Of a stretch of DNA of 64,000 nt, positions 41,777 through 54,800 are shown piece after piece. This DNA comes from Azolla caroliniana (taxonomy: Eukaryota; Plantae; Polypodiophyta), in contig JBHGNT010000134.1 of NCBI GenBank assembly GCA_043228905.1, positions 6,186 through 70,185 of the forward strand. Direction: 5' to 3'. A program made the position numbers and the translations under genes. Every line of letters starts with the position of its first letter. Positions within the stretch are counted from its first letter, which is position 1. The notes beneath the pieces were generated by a model. That model was not told the DNA's origin. It made no database searches and was given only the letters and a program-made list of their open reading frames with translations.

Positions 41777-44700
41777 TTAAAAAATCAAGATTTTGAAACT
41801 CAGGTCGAGAGACATGACGAAATTACCACATTTGAGGAGGGAGTTCAGAGGAGCTCTTGAGTAAATTAAAATGTTCATACCTGGCGAGTGTGATATCGGA
41901 TTTTTGTTTTCAAACTTGCGAATCGAAGCTAACAACGCTAGCTATGATATGGAATTAAAAAATCAAGATTTTGAAACTCAAGTCGAGAGACATGACGAAA
42001 TTACCACATTTGAGGAGGGAGTTCAAAGGAGCCCTTGAGTAAATTAAAATGTTCATACCTGGCGAGTGTGATATCGGATTTTTGTGTTCAAACTTGCGAA
42101 TCGAAGCTAACAACGCTAGCTATGATATGGAATTAAACATTCAAGATTTTGAAACTCAGGTCGAGAGACATGACGAAATTACCACATTTGAGGAGGGAGT
42201 TCAAAGGATCCCTTGAGTAAAGGAAAATGTTCATACCTGGCGAGTGTGATATCGGATTTTTGTGTTCAAACTTGCGAATCGAAGCTAACAACGCTAGCTA
42301 TGATATGGAATTAAACATTCAAGATTTTGAAACTCAGGTCGAGAGACATGACGAAATTACCACATTTGAGGAGGGAGTTCAGAGGAGCTCTTGAGTAAAT
42401 TAAAATGTTCATACCTGGCGAGTGTGATATCGGATTTTTGTGTTCAAACATGTGAATCGAAGCTAACAACGCTAGCTATGATATGGAGTTAAAAAATCAA
42501 GATTTTGAAACTCAGGTCGAGAGACATGACGAAATTACCACATTTGAGGAGGGAGTTCAGAGGAGCTCTTGAGTAAATTAAAATGTTCATACCTGGCGAG
42601 TGTGATATCGGATTTTTGTGTTCAAACGTGCGAATCGAAGCTAACAACGTTAGCTATGATATGGAATTAAACATTCAAGATTTTGAAACTCAAGTCGAGA
42701 GACATGACGAAATTACCAAATTTTAGGAGGGAGTTCAGAGGCGCTCTTGAGTAAATTAAAATGTTCATACCTAGCGAGTGTGATATCGGATTTTTGTGTT
42801 CAAACTTGCGAATCGAAGCTAACAACGCTAGCTATGATATGGAATTAAAAAATCAAGATTTTGAAACTCAGGTCGAGAGACATGACCAAATTACCAAATT
42901 TAAGGAATGAGTTGAGAAGAGCTAATAGGTAAATTAAAATGTTCATACCTTGCTCGTGTGATATCGGATTTTTTTGTTCAAACATGCGAATCGAAGCTAA
43001 CAACGCTAGCTATGATATGGAGTTAAAAAATCAAGATTTGGAAACTCAGGTCGAGAGACATGACGAAATTACCAAATTTGAGGAGGGAGTTGAGAGGAGC
43101 CCTTTAGTAAATTAAAATGTTCATACCTGGCGAGTGTGATATCGGATTTTTGTGTTCCAACTTGCGAATCGAAGCTAACAACGCAGGCTATGATATGGAA
43201 TTAAACATCCTAGATTTTGAAAACTCAGGTCGAGAGACATGACGAAATTACCACATTTGAGGAGGGAGTTCAAAGGAGCTCTTGAGTAAATTAAAATGTT
43301 CATACCTGGCGAGTGTGATATCGGATTTTTGTGTTCAAACATGCGAATCGAAGCTAACAACGCTAGCTATGATATGGGATTAAAAAATCAAGATTTTGAA
43401 ACTCAGGTCGAGAGACATGACGAAATTACCACATTTGAGGAGGGAGTTCAGAGGAGCTCTTGAGTAAATTAAAATGTTCATACCTGGCGAGTGTGATATC
43501 GGATTTTTGTTTTCAAACTTGCGAATCGAAGCTAACAACGCTAGCTATGATATGGAATTAAAAAATCAAGATTTTGAAACTCAAGTCGAGAGACATGACG
43601 AAATTACCACATTTGAGGAGGGAGTTCAAAGGAGCCCTTGAGTAAATTAAAATGTTCATACCTGGCGAGTGTGATATCGGATTTTTGTGTTCAAACTTGC
43701 GAATCGAAGCTAACAACGCTAGCTATGATATGGAATTAAACATTCAAGATTTTGAAACTCAGGTCGAGAGACATGACGAAATTACCACATTTGAGGAGGG
43801 AGTTGAGAGGAGCCCTTGAGTAAATTAAAATGTTCATACCTGGCTCGTGTGATATCGGATTTTTGTGTTCAAACATGCGAATCGAAGCTAACAACGCTAG
43901 CTATCATCTGGAATTAAAAAATCAAGATTTTGAAACTCAGGTCGAGAGACATGACGAAATTACCAAATTTGAGGAGGTTGTTTAGAGGAGCTAGTAGGTA
44001 AATTAAAATGTTCATACCTGGCTCGTGTGATATCGGATATTTGTTTTCAAACTTGCGAATCGAAGCTAACAACGCAGGCTATGATATGGAATTAAAAAAT
44101 CAAGATTTTGAAACTCAGGTCGAGAGACATGACGAAATTACCACATTTGAGGAGGGAGTTCAAAGGATCCCTTGAGTAAAGGAAAATGTTCATACCTGGC
44201 GAGTGTGATATCGGATTTTTGTGTTCAAACTTGCGAATCGAAGCTAACAACGCTAGCTATGATATGGAATTAAACATTCAAGATTTTGAAACTCAGGTCG
44301 AGAGACATGACGAAATTACCACATTTGAGGAGGGAGTTCAGAGGAGCTCTTGAGTAAATTAAAATGTTCATACCTGGCGAGTGTGATATCGGATTTTTGT
44401 GTTCAAACATGTGAATCGAAGCTAACAACGCTAGCTATGATATGGAATTAAAAAATCAAGATTTTGAAATTCAGGTCGAGAGACATGACGAAATTACCAC
44501 ATTTGAGGAGGGAGTTCAGAGGAGCTCTTGAGTAAATTAAAATGTTCATACCTGGCGAGTGTGATATCGGATTTTTGTGTTCAAACGTGCGAATCGAAGC
44601 TAACAACGTTAGCTATGATATGGAATTAAACATTCAAGATTTTGAAACTCAAGTCGAGAGACATGACGAAATTACCAAATTTTAGGAGGGAGTTCAGAGG

Positions 44701-45762
44701 CGCTCTTGAGTAAATTAAAATGTTCATACCTAGCGAGTGTGATATCGGATTTTTGTGTTCAAACTTGCGAATCGAAGCTAACAACGCTAGCTATGATATG
44801 GAATTAAAAAATCAAGATTTTGAAACTAAGGTCGAGAGACATGACCAAATTACCAAATTTAAGGAATGAGTTGAGAATAGCTAATAGGTAAATTAAAATG
44901 TTCATACCTTGCTCGTGTGATATCGGATTTTTGTGTTCAAACATGCGAATCGAAGCTAACAACGCTAGCTATGATATGGAGTTAAAAAATCAAGATTTGG
45001 AAACTCAGGTCGAGAGACATGACGAAATTACCAAATTTGAGGAGGGAGTTGAGAGGAGCCCTTTAGTAAATTAAAATGTTCATACCTGGCGAGTGTGATA
45101 TCGGATTTTTGTGTTCCAACTTGCGAATCGAAGCTTACAACGCAGGCTATGATATGGAATTAAACATCCTAGATTTTGAAACTCAGGTCGAGAGACATGA
45201 CGAAATTACCACATTTGAGGAGGGAGTTCAAAGGAGCTCTTGAGTAAATTAAAATGTTCATACCTGGCGAGTGTGATATCGGATTTTTGTGTTCAAACAT
45301 GCGAATCGAAGCTAACAACGCTAGCTATGATATGGGATTAAAAAATCAAGATTTTGAAACTCAGGTCGAGAGACATGACGAAATTACCACATTTGAGGAG
45401 GGAGTTGAGAGGAGCTCTTGAGTAAATTAAAATGTTCATACCTGGCGAGTGTGATATCGGATTTTTGTTTTCAAACTTGCGAATCGAAGCTAACAACGCT
45501 AGCTATGATATGGAATTAAAAAATCAAGATTTTGAAACTCAAGTCGAGAGACATGACGAAATTACCACATTTGAGGAGGGAGTTCAAAGGAGCCCTTGAG
45601 TAAATTAAAATGTTCATACCTGGCGAGTGTGATATCGGATTTTTGTGTTCAAACTTGCGAATCGAAGCTAACAACGCTAGTTATGATATGGAATTAAACA
45701 TTCAAGATTTTGAAACTCAGGTCGAGAGACATGACGAAATTACCACATTTGAGGAGGGAGTT
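41777..45762 (+). repeat. About 4-kb block duplicated at 54777-58761 (offset 13000/12999 = 73 monomers)
   Basis: Shared rare variants: GGATCC at 42206/55206 and 44165/57164, atcggatatt at 44032/57031, AAGCTT at 45131/58130. Confidence 0.88.
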
Positions 45763-45899
45763 TAGAGGAGCTAGTAGGTAAATTAAAATGTTCATACCTG
45801 GATCGTGTGATATCGGATTTTTGTGTTCAAACTTGGGAATCGAAGCTAACAACGCTAGCTATGATATGGAAATAAAAAATCAAGATTCTAAAACTCAGG

Positions 45900-46760
45900 T
45901 CGAGAGACATGACGAAATTACCAAATTTGAGGAATGAGTTGAGAAGAGCTAGTAGGTAAATTAAAATGTTCATACCTGGCGAGTGTGATATCGGATTTTT
46001 GTGTTCAAACTTGCGAATCGAAGCTAACAACGCTAGCTATGATATGGAAATAAAAAATCAAGATTCTAAAACTCAGGTCGAGAGACATGACGAAATTACC
46101 AAATTTGAGGAATGAGTTGAGAAGAGCTAGTAGGTAAATTGAAATGTTCATACCTGGCTCGTGTGATATCGGATTTTTGTGTTCAAACTTGCGAATCGAA
46201 GCTAACAACGCTAGCTATGATATGGAATTTAAAAAATCAAGATTTTGAAACTCAGGTCGAGAGACATGACGAAATTACATAATTTGAGGAGGGAGTTCAA
46301 AGGAGCCCTTGAGTAAATTTAAATGTTCATACCTGGCGAGTGTGATATCGGATTTTTGTGTTCAAACTTGCGAATCGAAGCTAACAACGCTAGCTATGAT
46401 ATGGAATTAAAAAATCAAGATTTTAAAACTCAGGTCGAGAGACATGACGAAATTACCAAATTTGAGGAATGAGTTGAGAAGAGCTAGTAGGTAAATTAAA
46501 ATGTTCATACCTGGCTCGTGTGATATCGGATTTTTGTGTTCAAACTTTCGAATCGAAGCTGACAACGCTAGCTATGATATGGAATTTAAAAAATCAAGAT
46601 TTTGAAACTCAGGTCGAGAGACATGACGAAATTACCACATTTGAGGAGGGAGTTCAAAGGAGCCCTTGAGTAAATTAAAATGGTCATACATGGCGAGTGT
46701 GATATCGGATTTTTGTGTTCAAACTTGCGAATCGAAGCTAACAACGCTAGCTATGATATG
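45900..46760 (+). repeat. About 5-monomer divergent block copied at about 59960-60820 (offset 14063)
   Basis: Shared private variants: tggtcatacatgg (46681/60744), aaactttcgaatcgaagctgac, aaattgaaatg and attacataatt. Identical ORFs are at 46005 and 60068. Confidence 0.85.
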
Positions 46761-48549
46761 CAATTAAAAAATCAAGATTTTAAAACTCAGGTCGAAAGAC
46801 ATGACGAAATTACCAAATTTGAGGAATGAGTTGAGAAGAGCTAGTAGGTAAATTAAAATGTTCATACCTGGCTCGTGTGATATCGGATTTTTGTGTTCAA
46901 ACTTGGGAATCGAAGCTAACAACGCTAGCTATGATATGGAATTAAAAAATCAAGTTTTTGAAACTTAGGTCGAGAGCCATGACGAAATTACCACATTTGA
47001 GGAGGGAGTTCAAAGGAGCCCTTGAGTAAATTAAAATGTTCATACCTGGCTCGTGTGATATCGGATTTTTGTATTCAAACATGCGAATCGAAGCTAACAA
47101 CGCTAGCTATGATATGGAATTTAAAAATCAAGATTTTGAAGCTCAGGTCGAGAGACATGACGAAATTACCAAATTTGAGCAGGGAGTTGAGAGGAACCCT
47201 TGAGTAAATTAAAATGTTCATACCTGGCGAGTGTGATATCGGATTTCTGTGTTCAAACTTGCGAATCGAAGCTAACAACGCTAGCTATGATATGGAATTA
47301 AAAAATTAAGATTTTGAAACTCAAGTCGAAAGACATGACGAAATTACATAATTTGAGGAGGGAGTTGAGAGGAACCCTTAAGTAAATTAAAATGTTCATA
47401 CCTGGCGAGTGTGATATCGGATTTTTGTGTTCAAACTTGCGAATCGAAGCTAACAACGCTAGCTATGATATGGAAATAAAAAATCAACATTTTAAAACTC
47501 AGGTCGAGAGACATGACGAAATTACCAAATTTGAGGAATGAGTTGAGAAGAGCTAGTAGGTAAATTAAAATGTTCATACCTGGCTCGTGTGATATCGGAT
47601 TTTTGTGTTCAAACTTGCGAATCGAAGCTAACAACGCTAGCTATGATATGGAATTTAAAAAATCAAGATTTTGAAACTCAGGTCGAGAGACATGACGAAA
47701 TTACATAATTTGAGGAGGGAGTTCAAAGGAGCCCTTGAGTAAATTAAAATGTTCATACCTGGCGAGTGTGATATCGGATTTTTGTGTTCAAACATGCGAA
47801 TCGAAGCTAACAACGCTAGCTATGATATGGAATTAAACATTCAAGATTTTGAAACTCAGGTCGAGAGACATGACGAAATTACCACATTTGAGGAGGGAGT
47901 TCAGAGGAGGTCTTGAGTAAATTAAAATGTTCATACCTGGCGAGTGTGATATCGGATTTTTGTGTTCAAACATGGAATCGAAGCTAACAACGCTAGCTAT
48001 GATATGGAATTAAAAAATCAAGATTTTGAAACTCAGGTCGAGAGACATGACGAAATTACCACATTTGAGGAGGGAATTCAGAGGAGGTCTTGAGTAAATT
48101 AAAATGTTCATACCTGGCGAGTGTGATATCGGATTTTTGTGTTCAAACCTGCGAATCGAAGCTAACAACGTTAGCTATGATAAGGAATTAAACATTCAAG
48201 ATTTTGAAACTCATGTCGAGAGACATGACGAAATTACCAAATTTTAGGAGGGAGTTCAGAGGAGCTCTTGAGTAAATTAAAATGTTCATACCTAGCGAGT
48301 GTGATATCGGATTTTTGTGTTCAAACTTGCGAATCGAAGCTAACAACGCTAGCTATGATATGGAATTAAAAAATCAAGAATTTGAAACTAAGGTCGAGAG
48401 ACATGACCAAATTACCAAATTTAAGGAATGAGTTGAGAAGAGCTAGTAGGTAAATTAAAATGTTCATACCTGGCTCGTGTGATATCGGATTTTTGTGTTC
48501 AAACATGCGAATCGAAGCTAACAACGCTAGCTATGATATGGAGTTAAAA

Positions 48550-51500
48550 AATCAAGATTTGGAAACTCAGGTCGAGAGACATGACGAAATTACCAAATTT
48601 GAGGAGGGAGTTGAGAGGAGCCCTTTAGTAAATTAAAATGTTCATACCTGGCGAGTGTGATATCGGATTTTTGTGTTCCAACTTGCGAATCGAAGCTAAC
48701 AACGCAGGCTATGATATGGAATTAAACATCCTAGAGTTTGAAACTCAGGTCGAGAGACATGACGAAATTACCACATTTGAGGAGGGAGTTCAGAGGAGCT
48801 CTTGAGTAAATTAAAATGTTCATACCTGGCGAGTGTGATATCGGATTTTTGTGTTCAAACATGCGAATCGAAGCTAACAACGCTAGCTATGATATGGAAT
48901 TAAAAAATCAAGATTTTGAAACTCAGGTCGAGAGACATGACGAAATTACCACATTTGAGGAGGGAGTTCAGAGGAGCTCTTGAGTAAATTAAAATGTTCA
49001 TACCTGGCGAGTGTGATATCGGATTTCTGTTTTCAAACTTGCGAATCGAAGCTAACAACGCTAGCTATGATATGGAATTAAAAAATCAAGATTTTGAAAC
49101 TCAAGTCGAGAGACATGAAGAAATTACCACATTTGAGGAGGGAGTTCAAAGGAGCCCTTGAGTAAATTAAAATGTTCATACCTGGCGAGTGTGATATCGG
49201 ATTTTTGTGTTCAAACTTGCGAATCGAAGCTAACAACGCTAGCTATGATATGGAATTAAAAAATCAAGATTTTAAAACTCAGGTCGAGAGACATGACGAA
49301 ATTACAAAATTTGAGGAATGAGTTGAGAAGAGCTAGTAGGTAAATTAAAATGTTCATACCTGGCTCGTGTGATATCGGATTTTTGTGTTCAAACTTGTGA
49401 ATCGAAGATAACAACGCTAGCTATGATATGGAATTTAAAAAATCAAGATTTTGAAACTCAGGTCGAGAGACATGACCAAATTACCAAATTTAAGGAATGA
49501 GTTGAGAAGAGCTAGTAGGTAAATTAAAATGTTCATACCTGGCTCGTGTGATATCGGATTTTTGTGTTCAAACATGCGAATCGAAGCTAATAACGCTAGC
49601 TATGATATGGAGTTAAAAAATCAAGATTTTAAAACTCAGGTCGAAAGACATGACGAAATTACCAAAATTGAGGAATGAGTTGAGAAGAGCTAGTAGGTAA
49701 ATTAAAATGTTCATACCTGGCTCGTGTGATATCGGATTTTTGTGTTCAAACTTGTGAATCGAAGCTAACAACGCTAGCTATGATATGGAATTAAAAAATC
49801 AAGATTTTGAAACTCAGGTCGAGAGCCATGACGAAATTACCACATTTGAGGAGGGAGTTGAGAGGAGCACTTGAGTAAATTAAAATGTTCATACCTAGCG
49901 AGTGTGATATTGGATTTTTGTTTTCAAACCTCCGAATCGAAGCTAACAACGCAGGCTATGATATGGAATTAGAAAATCAAGATTTTGAAACTCAGGTCGA
50001 GAGCCATGACGAAATTACCACATTTGAGGAGGGAGTTCAAAGGAGCCCTTGAGTAAATTAAAATGTTCATACCTGGCTCGTGTGATATCGGATTTTTGTA
50101 TTCAAACATGCGAATCGAAGCTAACAACGCTAGCTATGATATGGAATTAAAAAATCAAGATTTTGAAACTCAGGTCGAGAGACATGACGAAATTACCAAA
50201 TTTGAGGACTAAGTTGAGAGGAGCCCTTGAGTAAATTAAAATATGTTCATACCTGGCTCGTGTGATATCGGATTTTTGTGTTCAAACTTGCGAATCGAAG
50301 CTAACAACGCTAGCTATGATATGGAATTAAAAAATCAAGATTTGGAAACTCAGGTCGAGAGACATGACGAAATTACCAAATTTGAGGAGGGAGTTGAGAG
50401 GAGCCCTTTAGTAAATTAAAATGTTCATACCTGGCGAGTGTGATATCGGATTTTTGTGTTCCAACTTGCGAATCGAAGCTAACAACGCAGGCTATGATAT
50501 GGAATTAAACATCCTAGAGTTTGAAACTCAGGTCGAGAGACATGACGAAATTACCACATTTGAGGAGGGAGTTCAGAGGAGCTCTTGAGTAAATTAAAAT
50601 GTTCATACCTGGCGAGTGTGATATCGGATTTTTGTGTTCAAACATGCGAATCGAAGCTAACAACGCTAGCTATGATATGGAATTAAAAAATCAAGATTTT
50701 GAAACTCAGGTCGAGAGACATGACGAAATTACCACATTTGAGGAGGGAGTTGAGAGGAGCTCTTGAGTAAATTAAAATGTTCATACCTGGCGAGTGTGAT
50801 ATCGGATTTCTGTTTTCAAACTTGCGAATCGAAGCTAACAACGCTAGCTATGATATGGAATTAAAAAATCAAGATTTTGAAACTCAAGTCGAGAGACATG
50901 AAGAAATTACCACATTTGAGGAGGGAGTTCAAAGGAGCCCTTGAGTAAATTAAAATGTTCATACCTGGCGAGTGTGATATCGGATTTTTGTGTTCAAACT
51001 TGCGAATCGAAGCTAACAACGCTAGCTATGATATGGAATTAAAAAATCAAGATTTTAAAACTCAGGTCGAGAGACATGACGAAATTACAAAATTTGAGGA
51101 ATGAGTTGAGAAGAGCTAGTAGGTAAATTAAAATGTTCATACCTGGCTCGTGTGATATCGGATTTTTGTGTTCAAACTTGTGAATCGAAGATAACAACGC
51201 TAGCTATGATATGGAATTTAAAAAATCAAGATTTTGAAACTCAGGTCGAGAGACATGACCAAATTACCAAATTTAAGGAATGAGTTGAGAAGAGCTAGTA
51301 GGTAAATTAAAATGTTCATACCTGGCTCGTGTGATATCGGATTTTTGTGTTCAAACATGCGAATCGAAGCTAATAACGCTAGCTATGATATGGAGTTAAA
51401 AAATCAAGATTTTAAAACTCAGGTCGAAAGACATGACGAAATTACCAAAATTGAGGAATGAGTTGAGAAGAGCTAGTAGGTAAATTAAAATGTTCATACC

Positions 51501-51820
51501 TGGCTCGTGTGATATCGGATTTTTGTGTTCAAACTTGTGAATCGAAGCTAACAACGCTAGCTATGATATGGAATTAAAAAATCAAGATTTTGAAACTCAG
51601 GTCGAGAGCCATGACGAAATTACCACATTTGAGGAGGGAGTTGAGAGGAGCACTTGAGTAAATTAAAATGTTCATACCTAGCGAGTGTGATATTGGATTT
51701 TTGTTTTCAAACCTCCGAATCGAAGCTAACAACGCAGGCTATGATATGGAATTAGAAAATCAAGATTTTGAAACTCAGGTCGAGAGCCATGACGAAATTA
51801 CCACATTTGAGGAGGGAGTT
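48550..51820 (+). repeat. Local duplication with 1783-bp offset (10 monomers + 3 bp)
   Basis: attaaacatcctagagt is at 48721 and 50504. The private variants gaagataac (about 49404/51187) and accaaaattg (49661/51444) are shared. Confidence 0.85.
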
Positions 51821-54800
51821 CAGAGGAGGTCTTGAGTAAATTAAAATGTTCATACCTGGCTCGTGTGATATCGGATTTTTGTGTTCAAACATGCGAATCG
51901 AAGCTAACAACGCTAGCTATGATATGGAGTTAAAAAATCAAGATTTGGAAACTCAGGTCAAGAGACATGACGAAATTACCAAATTTCAGGAGGGAGTTGA
52001 GAGGAGCACTTGAGTAAATTAAAATGTTCATACCTGGCGAGTGTGATATTGGATTTTTGTTTTCAAACCTCCGAATCGAAGCTAACAACGCAGGCTATGA
52101 TATGGAATTAGAAAATCAAGATTTTGAAACTCAGGTCGAGAGACATGACGAAATTACCACATTTGAGGAGGGAGTTCAAAGGAGCCCTTGAGTAAATTAA
52201 AATGTTCATACCTGGCGAGTGTGATATCGGATTTTTGTGTTCAAACTTGCGAATCGAAGCTAATAACGCTAGCTATGATATGGAATTAAAAAATCAAGAT
52301 TTTAAAACTCAGGTCGAAAGACATGACAAAATTACCACATTTGAGGAGGGAGTTGAGAGGAGCTCTTGAGTAAATTAAAATGTTCATACCTGGCGAGTGT
52401 GATATCGGATTTTTGTTTTCAAACTTGTGAATCGAAGCTAACAACGCAGGCTATGATATGGAATTAAAAAATCAAGATTTTGAAACTCAGGTCGAGAGAC
52501 ATGACGAAATTACCACATTTGAGGAGGGAGTTCAGAGGAGGTCTTGAGTAAATTAAAATGTTCATACCTGGCGAGTGTGATATCGGATTTTTGTGTTCAA
52601 ACATGGAATCGAAGCTAACAACGCTAGCTATGATATGGAATTAAAAAATCAAGATTTTGAAACTCAGGTCGAGAGACATGACGAAATTACCACATTTGAG
52701 GAGGGAGTTCAGAGGAGCTCTTGAGTAAATTAAAATGTTCATACCTGGCGAGTGTGATATCGGATTTTTGTGTTCAAACATGCGAATCGAAGCTAACAAC
52801 GTTAGCTATGATAAGGAATTAAACATTCAAGATTTTGAAACTCAAGTCGAGAGTCATGACGAAATTACCAAATTTCAGGAGGGAGTTCAGAGGAGCTCTT
52901 GAGTAAATTAAAATGTTCATACCTAGCGAGTGTGATATCGGATTTTTGTGTTCAAACTTGCGAATCGAAGCTAACAACGCTAGCTATGATATGGAATTAA
53001 AAAATCAAGATTTTGAAACTTAGGTCGAGAGACATGACGAAATTACCAAATTTAAGGAATGAGTTGAGAAGAGCTAGTCGGTAAATTAAAATGTTCATAC
53101 CTGGCTCGTGTGATATCGGATTTTTGTGTTCAAACATGCGAATCGAAGCTAACAACGCTAGCTATGATATGGAGTTAAAAAATCAAGATTTTGAAACTCA
53201 GGTCGAGAGACATGACGAAATTACCACATTTGAGGAGGGAGTTGAGAGGAGCCCTTGAGTAAATTAAAATGTTCATACCTGGCTCGTGTGATATCGGATT
53301 TTTGTGTTCAAACATGCGAATCGAAGCTAACAACGCTAGCTATCATCTGGAATTAAAAAATCAAGATTTTGAAACTCAGGTCGAGAGACATGACGAAATT
53401 ACCAAATTTGAGGAGGTTGTTTAGAGGAGCTAGTAGGTAAATTAAAATGTTCATACCTGGCTCGTGTGATATCGGATTTTTGTTTTCAAACTTGCGAATC
53501 GAAGCTAACAACGCAGGCTATGATATGGAATTAAAAAATCAAGATTTTGAAACTCAGGTCGAGAGACATGACGAAATTACCACATTTGAGGAGGGAGTTC
53601 AAAGGATCCCTTGAGTAAAGGAAAATGTTCATACCTGGCGAGTGTGATATCGGATTTTTGTGTTCAAACTTGCGAATCGAAGCTAACAACGCTAGCTATG
53701 ATATGGAATTAAACATTCAAGATTTTGAAACTCAGGTCGAGAGACATGACGAAATTACCACATTTGAGGAGGGAGTTCAGAGGAGCTCTTGAGTAAATTA
53801 AAATGTTCATACCTGGCGAGTGTGATATCGGATTTTTGTGTTCAAACATGTGAATCGAAGCTAACAACGCTAGCTATGATATGGAATTAAAAAATCAAGA
53901 TTTTGAAACTCAGGTCGAGAGACATGACGAAATTACCACATTTGAGGAGGGAGTTCAGAGGAGCTCTTGAGTAAATTAAAATGTTCATACCTGGCGAGTG
54001 TGATATCGGATTTTTGTGTTCAAACGTGCGAATCGAAGCTAACAACGTTAGCTATGATATGGAATTAAACATTCAAGATTTTGAAACTCAAGTCGAGAGA
54101 CATGACGAAATTACCAAATTTTAGGAGGGAGTTCAGAGGCGCTCTTGAGTAAATTAAAATGTTCATACCTAGCGAGTGTGATATCGGATTTTTGTGTTCA
54201 AACTTGCGAATCGAAGCTAACAACGCTAGCTATGATATGGAATTAAAAAATCAAGATTTTGAAACTAAGGTCGAGAGACATGACCAAATTACCAAATTTA
54301 AGGAATGAGTTGAGAAGAGCTAATAGGTAAATTAAAATGTTCATACCTTGCTCGTGTGATATCGGATTTTTGTGTTCAAACATGCGAATCGAAGCTAACA
54401 ACGCTAGCTATGATATGGAGTTAAAAAATCAAGATTTGGAAACTCAGGTCGAGAGACATGACGAAATTACCAAATTTGAGGAGGGAGTTGAGAGGAGCCC
54501 TTTAGTAAATTAAAATGTTCATACCTGGCGAGTGTGATATCGGATTTTTGTGTTCCAACTTGCGAATCGAAGCTAACAACGCAGGCTATGATATGGAATT
54601 AAACATCCTAGATTTTGAAACTCAGGTCGAGAGACATGACGAAATTACCACATTTGAGGAGGGAGTTCAGAGGAGCTCTTGAGTAAATTAAAATGTTCAT
54701 ACCTGGCGAGTGTGATATCGGATTTTTGTGTTCAAACATGCGAATCGAAGCTAACAACACTAGCTATGATATGGGATTAAAAAATCAAGATTTTGAAACT

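Noticed and set aside
33935-43225. Singleton +1 indels in homopolymers (gagtttcag near 33941; ttttgaaaactc near 43221)
   Set aside because: Each was seen once in a homopolymer and cannot be distinguished from a consensus error without reads.
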